From: a virus
Taxonomy: Duplodnaviria > Caudoviricetes
Virus record (IMG/VR): IMGVR_UViG_3300042868_009047
Reading direction: 5' to 3' (one strand)
Length of the DNA stretch: 64,000 nt
Program-made: the position numbers and the translations under genes
The notes under the pieces: generated by a model
Database searches by the model: none
What the model saw: the letters and a program-made list of their open reading frames with translations, nothing else
Told to the model about the DNA's origin: nothing
In this document: positions 39,953-49,155 of the stretch, piece by piece
Position numbering within the stretch: position 1 is the first letter of the stretch
Layout: every line of letters begins with the position of its first letter

Positions 39953-40324
39953 ATGAAACCAATAGGTTCTGAAAAAATAGAAAACGTAGACGATAAATTA
40001 GCTAGGATCTTAGAGATCGCTGGTATTAAAAAAGAATTGGTGAATGAAAGCACACCAACTCTTGGTCACTTGTCTAGTGTATTGCACGAAGCTTTAGCGT
40101 CTAACGGTACTGAATATGGTATCGTACAAGAAGAAAAACACGTTTACATTAAATCTAAAAATGAAAACGGTGGATATGATTATTTAACGGGTGTTCAAAA
40201 TATCCACGAACATTCTTACAAATCATATGCGGATGCTTTAAAGCATTTAAACATGATGTTTAGAGAAATTAACGAATCTGTTGATTTTAAAGAAAACATT
40301 GATGTTTTAAAAAAAAAAGTATAA
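39953..40324 (+). CDS. Hypothetical protein ending LKKKV* at an A10 run (possible -1 frameshift into next ORF)
   Basis: ORF track; A10 at 40309-40318. Confidence 0.7.
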   Translation: MKPIGSEKIENVDDKLARILEIAGIKKELVNESTPTLGHLSSVLHEALASNGTEYGIVQEEKHVYIKSKNENGGYDYLTGVQNIHEHSYKSYADALKHLNMMFREINESVDFKENIDVLKKKV

Positions 40325-40380
40325 CCGAGCGTTATATCCTAAAACTTAAAAACACTGGTTCCGCACCAGCAGCTGATACA

Positions 40381-40878
40381 ATGGCTGATATGGGTGTGGA
40401 TACAACAACTGCGCCAGCAGAAGAACCAGCTGATTTAGCCACAGATTTTTCAAGCGAAACACCCACCGATGCGGGCGTTGACACAACAGCTGATCCAGGA
40501 ATGGACGCAACAGCTATGCCAGCAGAAGACCCAGCACAAGAAACAGGTGTTGAAAACGTTGATGAACCCATCTTAAAAACGGTTCAAAAACTTACTGGTA
40601 AGTTAACCCAAAAAATGAGAGATGGTGCCCAGGAATTAGAGTCAAAAGATTATAAATACGTTGTTAATTCAATTTTATCCGCAATCGATATGACGAAGAT
40701 AACAGAAGAGGATATGAACGACATGTTAAATAAACTCCAAAACAAAGATTCCGAAGATACAACAGAAGCTGAACCAGGTGCCGAAGAAATGGCTCCAGAA
40801 GAACAACCAGTTCAAGAACAACCAAGACGATTTAAAAAATCAGTTATAGACGAATTCCTAAGTACTTTAGGTAGATAA
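40381..40878 (+). CDS. Acidic hypothetical protein; frame open upstream to the A10 run
   Basis: Frame continues SITERYILKLKNTGSAPAADT before the annotated Met. Confidence 0.7.
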   Translation: MADMGVDTTTAPAEEPADLATDFSSETPTDAGVDTTADPGMDATAMPAEDPAQETGVENVDEPILKTVQKLTGKLTQKMRDGAQELESKDYKYVVNSILSAIDMTKITEEDMNDMLNKLQNKDSEDTTEAEPGAEEMAPEEQPVQEQPRRFKKSVIDEFLSTLGR

Positions 40879-40881
40879 ATA

Positions 40882-40909
40882 AAATCCCCGAAAGGGGATT
40901 TGTTTTTTT
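40882..40909 (+). terminator. Intrinsic terminator
   Basis: AAATCCCC-GAAA-GGGGATTT then T tract. Confidence 0.8.
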
Positions 40910-40945
40910 AAAATATTTTTACTATTATTGTACAATAAGTATAAA

Positions 40946-41515
40946 ATGATAGTAGGTATTTTAGGAAAAAAACGTTCGGGTAAAGATACAACAGGCGATT
41001 ACCTTGTTGCTAATAAAAATTTTGTAAAATATAGTTTTGCTAACCCAATTAAACGTGGGGCTATGGAGTTGTTCGGTTTTACCGAAGAACAAGTTTTTGG
41101 TGATGCTAAGGATGAAATTGACCCAACCTGGGGAATTACACCAAGATTAGTTTTACAAATAATGGGTACTGAGGTGTTTCAATACGATATGCCAAAGTAT
41201 ATACCAGAATTACAAGCATTTGGTCGTGGTTTCTGGGTTAAACGTTTTGAGCAATGGTATGAACAAAACAGACATTTAGATGTTGTTATTTGCGATGTAA
41301 GATTTCAGCACGAAGTTGATTCTATATTAAAAATGGGTGGTGCTATTTGGTCTGTAAATCGTCCAAATTTAACTGGTGGTGATGAGCATGCGTCTGAAAA
41401 AGAAATGGATTTAATTACTGGCATAACATCTGAGATAATAAACGATCGTACCTTACATGATTTGTACGATAAGATTGATAATCAATTAAATGATTTACGA
41501 AAATCCGTTAGCTGA
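40946..41515 (+). CDS. Deoxynucleoside monophosphate kinase, T4 gp1-like
   Basis: GKKRSGKDT, SFANPIK, PRLVLQIMGTE, DVRFQHE, HASE. Confidence 0.85.
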   Translation: MIVGILGKKRSGKDTTGDYLVANKNFVKYSFANPIKRGAMELFGFTEEQVFGDAKDEIDPTWGITPRLVLQIMGTEVFQYDMPKYIPELQAFGRGFWVKRFEQWYEQNRHLDVVICDVRFQHEVDSILKMGGAIWSVNRPNLTGGDEHASEKEMDLITGITSEIINDRTLHDLYDKIDNQLNDLRKSVS

Positions 41516-41876
41516 GATACTATCAGTACATAAGTTTAAAGTTAATAGGGCTACGGCTGAAATGTTATGTTACACTTTTAACAAAGAAGTTAAATGTGAA
41601 AGAAAAATTAATATACAATTATTTAGTAGATTTGCTAAATACAATCCGTTATACATCTTCAGTTATGGTGGGGTATTAAATTATGAAATAAAAGACCAAC
41701 CCATAGCATTACAGGGTGTCGAAATTGTTGTTCCACCTGGAAAAGAGGAAGAGTTTATGGATGAAAATTCTAATTTTATATTCTATGGTGGATCAAACTC
41801 TGGTATAGAATGGTTAGATATGGATGATACTAATAATTTTACTGGTGTATATGGTAGTTGTAGAGTTAACTTTTAG
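41490..41876 (+). CDS. Hypothetical protein, 128 aa
   Basis: ORF overlapping the end of the kinase gene. Confidence 0.6.
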   Translation: MIYENPLAEILSVHKFKVNRATAEMLCYTFNKEVKCERKINIQLFSRFAKYNPLYIFSYGGVLNYEIKDQPIALQGVEIVVPPGKEEEFMDENSNFIFYGGSNSGIEWLDMDDTNNFTGVYGSCRVNF

Positions 41877-42144
41877 TTATCTTTAACTTAAGATTACCAG
41901 TACCTTTTATAACTCTATGCCAATCATGTCTTGCTATTTTTAGTGAGACATTTTCTTTTAAGGGTATTGGCAATTGGTTATCGTATTGAAATTTCCAATC
42001 AGTTGTATTTAAAACTTCAACAACACGATCCTCGTTATCCCTATGCCACATAAGTTCAATTGGATCGATATTCTCGTCAAATTCCCTTACGACATAGTTA
42101 TCACCAATCTCAATGTCTTTATATGGTTTACCAGAATCCACCAA
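41866..42144 (-). CDS. Small cupin-like protein
   Basis: WHRD and WHRVIKG His pair. Confidence 0.55.
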   Translation of the reverse strand: MVDSGKPYKDIEIGDNYVVREFDENIDPIELMWHRDNEDRVVEVLNTTDWKFQYDNQLPIPLKENVSLKIARHDWHRVIKGTGNLKLKITKS

Positions 42145-43075
42145 ATTTAGATTTTAGACCAAGCAAACTAGCATATCTAGGTAATCTACATGACCAATAA
42201 GATGCTTTTGTTCTATCCTTCTTATTAGCGCAATCATGTCTGGCAGCGAATGATTTACGAGCCGCTGGGTTATTTAATTTAACAGATAAACCAGTTGTAT
42301 CACCAAAAGAAACTTTTTTAATACCACCACCTGGCTTTCTAACATAAACGTAGAATTTTTTAGAACCACCTCTTTTTGGTTTACCTATTTCAACATCTTT
42401 ACCTTGGTATTTAGCTTCAGCGATAAGCTCATCTTCAGCCATATTCTCGGTAAACGGTAAATCCAATGGGACCATTTGATTCTCGTATAAACCAAATCTA
42501 CCTAAATCTGTGTTTTCAAATAATTTTGTATCTAACGCTGATAACTTAATGATTTTTTTCTCCCAAAGTTCTCTAGCTTCTTTGATGACCATAGCATGTT
42601 TTTCACTACCAGGTCTGTATTCATTTTCTAATAAAGGTATACTGTTACTAAGGTGATACTTTACGTCTTCAGAAATCATATCTTTTAAAACCCAAGTATC
42701 AAAATTTTCCATTAATTTTTTTTCAATGGATAACTCAAAACACTCTTCGCAAACGACATTTGATTCAGAAACTAATGCTTCAAAGTCCTTATTTTCATAC
42801 ATATCATTAATAACCTCAAAAACAAAAGAAAGATCTTTATATTCTGGGTTTACAACAACATGGTAACAATCATCAGATTTTTCCGTCATTGGTTTACCAA
42901 AATGTTCCTTATCTTTTGATATATAAAAAGTTGGGTTCTCAGCTTCTTCATGAATCGAAAACAATTCTGAAATCACATCAAGATCCAAACCTTCATCTTT
43001 AGTTGATGATACAGCTTTATTGTTCAAAATTTTGGCCACTTGGCCTTCTGTCATCTTGTATATTTTTTTACTCAT
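42128..43075 (-). CDS. Hypothetical protein with basic C-terminal module (KKVSFGD..RKSFAARHDC..YWSC)
   Basis: 315-aa ORF: acidic body, LIAEAKY junction, basic Cys/His tail. Confidence 0.7.
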   Translation of the reverse strand: MSKKIYKMTEGQVAKILNNKAVSSTKDEGLDLDVISELFSIHEEAENPTFYISKDKEHFGKPMTEKSDDCYHVVVNPEYKDLSFVFEVINDMYENKDFEALVSESNVVCEECFELSIEKKLMENFDTWVLKDMISEDVKYHLSNSIPLLENEYRPGSEKHAMVIKEARELWEKKIIKLSALDTKLFENTDLGRFGLYENQMVPLDLPFTENMAEDELIAEAKYQGKDVEIGKPKRGGSKKFYVYVRKPGGGIKKVSFGDTTGLSVKLNNPAARKSFAARHDCANKKDRTKASYWSCRLPRYASLLGLKSKFGGFW

Positions 43076-43104
43076 TACTATGATATTATAATATAAATAC
43101 CCAG

Positions 43105-43659
43105 TTAAATGAATAAATTCTTAAAGTCGTACACATTATTTGGTATAGGTCTTAAACGGTCAAAACCGTAAAACGCACTCATATTTGATTGCTCTCTTAT
43201 TGTTTGGTTATTAACCAGCATTTTTGAGTGGAAACTGTCAATTATTCTTGGTGTGGCGTATCCGCATACAATAAATTCGGTGTCACTAATTTTACAAACA
43301 AAAACAGCTTTTTTATACATTGGCCTATAAAAAATTGGAAACTCATTGTAATTGAATATAATAACATCAACCCACTTTTCAAATGAAGTTCTTAATTGCT
43401 GCAACGGTTCAACATTAACGTTATTATAATCCATGATTGGATGTTTTATACGTTTTGAAATGGCTGTTATTGCGCATACTAACGTGAACATATCTTTGTA
43501 TTTCTCATTATTTTTATTTAATTTTGTTGTATTATGTTTGTGTTTAACAACAGCCCTAATATAAGAAACACAGTTATGGATATCCTTTTCATCCAACTTA
43601 ATTTTACTAAATTTTTTGATGTGCGTATCAAACGCACCTTTAAATGTTATAATACTCAT
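43105..43659 (-). CDS. Hypothetical protein (likely start MSIIT at 43659)
   Basis: Start placed downstream of the minus-strand promoter. Confidence 0.6.
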   Translation of the reverse strand: MSIITFKGAFDTHIKKFSKIKLDEKDIHNCVSYIRAVVKHKHNTTKLNKNNEKYKDMFTLVCAITAISKRIKHPIMDYNNVNVEPLQQLRTSFEKWVDVIIFNYNEFPIFYRPMYKKAVFVCKISDTEFIVCGYATPRIIDSFHSKMLVNNQTIREQSNMSAFYGFDRLRPIPNNVYDFKNLFI

Positions 43660-43664
43660 GTTTA

Positions 43665-43712
43665 CAAAAGTAAAAAAAAATTTGTTTATAACCAAATAAA
43701 TTACTAATTTTG
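43665..43712. promoter_or_regulatory. Overlapping divergent Bacteroidota sigma-70-type promoters
   Basis: Plus: TTTG 43681-84, 20 nt, TAATTTTG 43705-12. Minus: TTTG 43696-93, 20 nt, TACTTTTG 43672-65. Confidence 0.75.
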
Positions 43713-43717
43713 TAAAC

Positions 43718-45115
43718 ATGAAAGGATACACTAAAGAACAACTTGAGTTTATTGAGTTTAGCGGACCAGAATCCGTAATATTATCAGCAACAGCTGGGAG
43801 CGGGAAAACTCACTCAACAGTAGGTAGATTAAATCACCTATTAGAAAGCGGTGTTGACCCAAGTAGAATAATTTTCTTTTCTTTTACGAATGATGCTGTA
43901 AATGAATTAAGAAGTCGTATTGATAACGAAGTAAAGATTACAACCATACATAGCTTTACAAGTAGTACATTAGGTAAATTAGGTAAGTTTAAACCAATTG
44001 TAACCTTTTATGATTTTGTAAGCTGGTATCGTGATAAAAAGAAGCCATCGTTTAAAGACCCAAGAAAAATAAGGGAAGAATATTATGCAACTATTGAAAG
44101 ATTTTATGAAGAGGGTGCTGGTATATCCTCAACATTTTCATCCTATAAACTACAATTCTATGACGGTATCAAAGCGCCTAAACCAAATTTTTATGATCAT
44201 TACGTTGCGTTTTTAAAAGAAACTAATAGCCGTGATTTCTCTGATATGTTAATTGATACCGAAAAATTAACTAGAGACCCTAAGCATAAGGAGTTTTTTA
44301 ATGGTATGTATGATTACATCTTTATTGATGAGTACCAAGATACATCAACACTTCAAATGAAAATCTTATCCGCAATTAACGCAAAACAATATTACCTTAT
44401 CGGTGATAAAAACCAATCAATCTACGGTTTTTCTGGGGCAAATTGTGAAAAAATTGAGTCGTTACTAAAACAAAAGAAAACTGTTGTTGAGTTAACCTTA
44501 ACAAAGAATTTTAGGTCACATAAAAAAATTGTTGAGAATGCAAACAAATTTAGCTCTTTAATAGCGATACCCGAATCAAAAGATGATGGTTTTGTTGATG
44601 AAAAATTCATAACAAAAAAGAGATTGTTTGAGATGTTACAAGATGGGAAACCGTTAACTGTGCTTGTTAGGACAAATAATATTATTAAAGAGATTGAAAA
44701 ACAAGCCATGAAGAAAAAGATACCAATGCGTTATTTCAATTACATAACAAAGACGGATCTTGATAACATTAAGAAATCTAACATAACCGATAGTCTCAAA
44801 AAGAAGTTAAATGACGTATTACCTTATTTTTTAAACAACCAAGACTTCGCTGATTTTATTGAATCAAATAGTGACTCCGATGTTTTTGTAACCTCAATAC
44901 ATAAAAGTAAAGGTCGTGAATTCCCAAGATGCGTTGTTATTAACTCAGCTGATCCAGACATGTTAATTAAACATGGTAGTTTAACACATAGTTTAACCGA
45001 ATATTCGTTTATAACAGATGATGGGGATATTGATGAAGAGGGTAGAAATATACATTATGTTGCGGTAACCAGACCAAAAGAAGAACTCTATTTCATGATT
45101 TACGATGATTTATAA
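43718..45115 (+). CDS. UvrD/Rep-like SF1 helicase (compact)
   Basis: ATAGSGKT, DEYQD, GDKNQSIYGF, SIHKSKGREF, YVAVTRPK. Confidence 0.9.
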   Translation: MKGYTKEQLEFIEFSGPESVILSATAGSGKTHSTVGRLNHLLESGVDPSRIIFFSFTNDAVNELRSRIDNEVKITTIHSFTSSTLGKLGKFKPIVTFYDFVSWYRDKKKPSFKDPRKIREEYYATIERFYEEGAGISSTFSSYKLQFYDGIKAPKPNFYDHYVAFLKETNSRDFSDMLIDTEKLTRDPKHKEFFNGMYDYIFIDEYQDTSTLQMKILSAINAKQYYLIGDKNQSIYGFSGANCEKIESLLKQKKTVVELTLTKNFRSHKKIVENANKFSSLIAIPESKDDGFVDEKFITKKRLFEMLQDGKPLTVLVRTNNIIKEIEKQAMKKKIPMRYFNYITKTDLDNIKKSNITDSLKKKLNDVLPYFLNNQDFADFIESNSDSDVFVTSIHKSKGREFPRCVVINSADPDMLIKHGSLTHSLTEYSFITDDGDIDEEGRNIHYVAVTRPKEELYFMIYDDL

Positions 45116-45120
45116 AATAT

Positions 45121-45150
45121 AAAAGCCACCAATTACGGTGGCTTTTTTTT
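45121..45150. terminator. Intrinsic terminator, probably bidirectional
   Basis: AAAAGCCACC-AATTAC-GGTGGCTTTTTTTT. Confidence 0.85.
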
Positions 45151-45259
45151 ATAGAGAGTGTTTAAATTTTTGACTTTACTGTGCCATATGTATTGGTTCA
45201 AGAATAATCACAATTAACTCATAATTATTTCCCTACCTGATTTGAATTTATTTCTAAAG

Positions 45260-45421
45260 TTATCTTTTACCTTGACCTCTATTTTGTTTTTTATAATGTT
45301 TGCTATTTTTGCTTTTACTACTTTTATTTTTAGAGTGAACACCCTTTCTGTTTTTTTTGATTTTACCTCTGAACTCCTTAACACTTGCTGAAGAAGTTTT
45401 CTTTTTACCTGATGCTGCCAT
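45260..45421 (-). CDS. Very basic 53-aa protein (not in ORF track)
   Basis: Translated by hand: MAASGKKKTSSASVKEFRGKIKKNRKGVHSKNKSSKSKNSKHYKKQNRGQGKR; TATTTAT upstream. Confidence 0.65.
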   Translation of the reverse strand: MAASGKKKTSSASVKEFRGKIKKNRKGVHSKNKSSKSKNSKHYKKQNRGQGKR

Positions 45422-45509
45422 TTTAATTAGTTTTTAGTATTTTCAATAAATATCTTGATAAAAACAAAAATTAACCTACTATTCTAAATATTTATTAATA
45501 AACAAACAT

Positions 45510-45668
45510 ATGATTATTTTTTACAATAGATTCGACAAAACCAGAGAGGCGATTGGTAAGACCAATAATCATGCTTCGAGATTAGAAGCTGCAAAATTTT
45601 TTGCTGAAATTAAAAAAATGAGTCTTAAGGATTTTTTGAAAGTATTTACTGTTAGTATAATAAAATAA
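45510..45668 (+). CDS. Small hypothetical protein, 52 aa (not in ORF track)
   Basis: MIIFYNRFDKTREAIGK..LKVFTVSIIK; TATTTAT upstream. Confidence 0.55.
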   Translation: MIIFYNRFDKTREAIGKTNNHASRLEAAKFFAEIKKMSLKDFLKVFTVSIIK

Positions 45669-45687
45669 AAAAATCAAAAAAAGAATT

Positions 45688-46515
45688 ATGTTATTAAAAG
45701 TAGGTTCAAAAGGAGATGATGTAAAAAAACTCCAAGCGAAATTAGGTACAAGCCCAGACGGAAGTTTTGGCCCTGGTACAGAAAAATTAGTCAAAGAATG
45801 GCAAACTAAAAACGGGTTAACAGCTGACGGTATTGTTGGTGATGGAACTTGGGCAAAAATGGGTTTGAACGAAGGTTCAGTACCAGCTGCTGCACCTGTA
45901 GCTATTCCAGCATCTAGCTTTAAGTTAGAGGCATTAAAAGGTCACGTTCCTGATGCGGTTATTGCTCAGATCCCTGACACAGCAGCTAAATTTGGTATTA
46001 CAAACACTTTAAGATTAGCCCATTTCTTAGCGCAATGCGGTCACGAATCAGGTGGTTTTAAAGCTGTAAAAGAAAATTTAAATTATAGTGCTGATGGTCT
46101 TAAAAAAATATTCCCAAAATATTTTCCTGGTAATATAAGTGAGTCTTATTCACGCCAACCAGAAAAGATTGCTAATCGTGTTTATTCATCTCGTATGGGT
46201 AATGGTGATGAGGCATCTGGTGAAGGTTTCAAATTTTGTGGTAGAGGTTATATCCAATTAACTGGTAAATCAAACTATACAGCGTTTGATAAAATGGTTG
46301 AGGAAAACATCTTACAAAACCCAGAGTTAGTGGCAACTAAATATCCTTTAGCTTCAGCAGCATTCTTTTTTAACTCAAATAACCTATGGTCTATTTGTGA
46401 TAAAGGCGCTGACACAGCAACCGTTACAGCTGTAACGAAGAGAGTTAATGGTGGTACAATAGGTCTTGACGATCGTATTAAACACTTTAATGAATTCTAT
46501 AACTTATTGAAATAA
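45688..46515 (+). CDS. Endolysin: peptidoglycan-binding domain plus GH19 catalytic domain
   Basis: GSKGDDVKKLQ..DGIVGDGTW; HFLAQCGHESGGF, GRGYIQLTG, TKRVNGG. Confidence 0.9.
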   Translation: MLLKVGSKGDDVKKLQAKLGTSPDGSFGPGTEKLVKEWQTKNGLTADGIVGDGTWAKMGLNEGSVPAAAPVAIPASSFKLEALKGHVPDAVIAQIPDTAAKFGITNTLRLAHFLAQCGHESGGFKAVKENLNYSADGLKKIFPKYFPGNISESYSRQPEKIANRVYSSRMGNGDEASGEGFKFCGRGYIQLTGKSNYTAFDKMVEENILQNPELVATKYPLASAAFFFNSNNLWSICDKGADTATVTAVTKRVNGGTIGLDDRIKHFNEFYNLLK

Positions 46516-46521
46516 CTTATC

Positions 46522-46725
46522 ATGGCTTTACCTTGCCCAAATTGTCATACTCCTCTAGGCATTAGTTTAGACTTTATTATTAAAAATCCTTTATCGGTAT
46601 GTCCGACATGTCAAACCGTGTTTAATTTTGCGGTAAATGACGAAATTATCAAAACTTTTAGGGAAACTTTAAATGAAATAGAGGATATAAAAAAACAATA
46701 TAAGGGTATGGTTAAATTCGGGTAA
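46522..46725 (+). CDS. Small zinc-ribbon protein
   Basis: CPNC and CPTC pairs. Confidence 0.65.
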   Translation: MALPCPNCHTPLGISLDFIIKNPLSVCPTCQTVFNFAVNDEIIKTFRETLNEIEDIKKQYKGMVKFG

Positions 46726-46768
46726 TTATCTATAAACAAAAAAATAAAAACAAAAAAAAAACAAAATT

Positions 46769-47368
46769 ATGGCAGCAGACATTTCCGCTCAATTTACAGG
46801 TCTTCCTATTGAAGATCTGATCGTGTCACCTATCGTTGGTATGGCGAAGGGACAAGCAAAATTAAACGATGTAACATGGAAGTACATCAACGAAGTTGCA
46901 TTCCAAACAGATAAAGACGGTAATACAACAGCTCGTTCTTTAGACGTTCAAATGCAAAGAGTTATGACCGATCCTACAGATGGAACTCAATCAGTTAAAA
47001 CTTTATATTCTAAAGTTGCGATGTTACCTTTGGTTCCACTTCCAGCGTTAGCTATCACATCAGCTGATATCGCTTTTACTATGGAAGTTAAAACATCTGA
47101 GGTAGACAAAACATCAGAAGATAAAAGCGGTAGCTTTAGTGCTAGTGCAACTGGTGGATTCTGGGGTATGAAATATTCAGTTAATATGTCTGGTAGTGTT
47201 GCAACTCACAAAGAGAACACAAGAAGTACAGATAATTCAGCTAAATATGAAGTAAAAGTACACGCAGAACAATTGCCACCAACAGAAGGTATGTTGAAAT
47301 TATCGGATTACCTAACACAAATGTTAGAACCGACTACAATCGCACCATCTGTTAACGCAAACGCTTAA
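46769..47368 (+). CDS. DUF2589-family protein
   Basis: FTGLPIEDLIVSPI..AQ, PLVPLPALAI..FTMEV; recognised by eye. Confidence 0.7.
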   Translation: MAADISAQFTGLPIEDLIVSPIVGMAKGQAKLNDVTWKYINEVAFQTDKDGNTTARSLDVQMQRVMTDPTDGTQSVKTLYSKVAMLPLVPLPALAITSADIAFTMEVKTSEVDKTSEDKSGSFSASATGGFWGMKYSVNMSGSVATHKENTRSTDNSAKYEVKVHAEQLPPTEGMLKLSDYLTQMLEPTTIAPSVNANA

Positions 47369-47378
47369 TACCAATAAC

Positions 47379-47409
47379 TTGACTTTATGAAAAAATTTTA
47401 CTACTTTTG
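47379..47409 (+). promoter_or_regulatory. Bacteroidota sigma-70-type promoter
   Basis: TTG 47379-81, 20 nt, TACTTTTG 47402-09. Confidence 0.7.
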
Positions 47410-47427
47410 TATAAAATTACAACATAT

Positions 47428-47910
47428 ATGTCAAGATTAAATATTGAGGAGTTAGTAGGTGGGCTTTTAGAGGCCGCAATGGTTTCTCAGGGTATAAGTG
47501 AAAGACAGCATATTAATGCTCTCAGAAACTACTTTAATGAAGATGGTACACCCAAACTTCAAACCTTTGTAATAGGGGATAAAACTTTGGATGTACCGCT
47601 TTATATTTTAGCTGATCACTCGTCTATTGGTTTAGATGAATTAGATATTGAATTTGAAGCTAGACTTATTTTTGGGGATGGTAAGGGTGAGGTATCTGAT
47701 CTTAAAAAATCTTTACTAGGTCTTTTTAAAAAGAAGGGGTATCAACACAATATTAAAGGTATTGAAGTTGATTCTGGTAAAAATACCGATAGATCTGGTA
47801 TGGCTAAAATAAAAGTAAAATTTAAAGCGGATGAGAAACCTGAAGCTGTTAGTAGATTAGTAGATTCCTATATCCAAAAAATGACAGGAACTGGCACTAA
47901 AAAAAATTAA
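47428..47910 (+). CDS. Second DUF2589-like protein (likely start MSRLN at 47428)
   Basis: LNIEELVGGL, VPLYILADHSSIGLDELDIEFE, KIKVKFKADEKPEAVSRL. Confidence 0.6.
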   Translation: MSRLNIEELVGGLLEAAMVSQGISERQHINALRNYFNEDGTPKLQTFVIGDKTLDVPLYILADHSSIGLDELDIEFEARLIFGDGKGEVSDLKKSLLGLFKKKGYQHNIKGIEVDSGKNTDRSGMAKIKVKFKADEKPEAVSRLVDSYIQKMTGTGTKKN

Positions 47911-47948
47911 TAAAATAAAATAAACAAAAAACTAAAAAAACAATTAAA

Positions 47949-48203
47949 ATGGCATTTGTAAAAAATTTAAACGGAAAAGCTGTAGTATGTGAGTATGAAG
48001 ATGGTGCACAATTAGTACCAGAAACTGGTTATATTGCTGCTATCGTTCAAAATGACGGGATTCAGTTCTATGGCGCTAGTGATGACGCTGGTATTATCGC
48101 TATTGGATCAACAGCTAACGGAAGCGCAGTTGAGACATTGGCTGAGGCTAAAACGGCTATCGCTACTTTAGGTACACTATTCTTAGATGGTACAGCTATC
48201 TAA
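47949..48203 (+). CDS. Hypothetical protein, 84 aa
   Basis: Clean ORF followed by a terminator. Confidence 0.6.
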   Translation: MAFVKNLNGKAVVCEYEDGAQLVPETGYIAAIVQNDGIQFYGASDDAGIIAIGSTANGSAVETLAEAKTAIATLGTLFLDGTAI

Positions 48204-48222
48204 TTAAAAACTAAAAAAAAAT

Positions 48223-48252
48223 AAAAGGCTTGGTTTTTACCAGGCCTTTTTT
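48223..48252 (+). terminator. Intrinsic terminator
   Basis: AAAAGGCTTGG-loop-CCAGGCCTTTTTT. Confidence 0.75.
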
Positions 48253-48263
48253 ATTATTGTATT

Positions 48264-48464
48264 ATGGGTTTTAATAAAAGATATGTTGATAGTGGTAAAA
48301 TTTTAATATATAAAGATAGGTTGGAAGACCTCTTTACTAATAAAATAGATGCGTTTATATTTAGTGATAATTTCTCAAAAGAAATATTTGATTTATATGA
48401 AGAAAAAGAATTTGATTTAATTAGGAATCGAATACTTGAATATGAGGCTAAATCTTTGATCTAA
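48264..48464 (+). CDS. Hypothetical protein, 66 aa
   Basis: ORF starting MGFNKRY; overlaps the convergent gene end. Confidence 0.5.
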   Translation: MGFNKRYVDSGKILIYKDRLEDLFTNKIDAFIFSDNFSKEIFDLYEEKEFDLIRNRILEYEAKSLI

Positions 48465-49154
48465 AGGTTGTATATTTTTATTTAATTCAGAACTAATTGT
48501 TGATAAATAACCCTCGTAAACAAAGCCAATTGATGTTGTTTTAGCTATGGATTTGGTTATTGATAAATTATAATTACCAACAGTATTTCTCGCCCATATT
48601 AAATCATTAGTTGACGCAACAGCTGGTTGTATTAAAACATTATTTTCAATAGTAATATCTTTAACTTTATATTTTAAACTGTGTCTGTAAGAAGCTCTCT
48701 TACTACCGAACCAAAGTTTTGATATCTCTGATCTATCATACACATAAGCGAGTGATACACTACCGCCCAATTTATTTGTCTTAAAAGATTTTTTAACACC
48801 TATACCACCTGAAACACTTAAATCTAAATTTTTAACCAGCGAATGCTCTACTGTTGAGAATAAAATAGCGCTGTAATTATTTTTAATCTCTTTCCAGGAA
48901 AATATGTTTAACCTAGCGTCTTCAGATTGTTTAATAAACTCATTATTTTTTTGACCATAAAATAAAAAATAATACGGGTTTAAACTAACACCAATATCCT
49001 TTTTTTTATTATTAAGTTCATAACTCATTTTAGACGTTATCTGAACGTTTTTATTGTTTCCTGTAAGTAATACCCCACCTAAGTCAAAACTCTTTATTTG
49101 GGCCTCTAAATGGCCAAAAACGCATATTAATAGTGCTGTTATAAAATATTTCAT
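48417..49154 (-). CDS. Outer-membrane beta-barrel protein (DUF481-like)
   Basis: Signal peptide, alternating amphipathic strands, terminal FSLIFKYSI. Confidence 0.65.
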   Translation of the reverse strand: MKYFITALLICVFGHLEAQIKSFDLGGVLLTGNNKNVQITSKMSYELNNKKKDIGVSLNPYYFLFYGQKNNEFIKQSEDARLNIFSWKEIKNNYSAILFSTVEHSLVKNLDLSVSGGIGVKKSFKTNKLGGSVSLAYVYDRSEISKLWFGSKRASYRHSLKYKVKDITIENNVLIQPAVASTNDLIWARNTVGNYNLSITKSIAKTTSIGFVYEGYLSTISSELNKNIQPLDQRFSLIFKYSIPN

Positions 49155-49155
49155 A

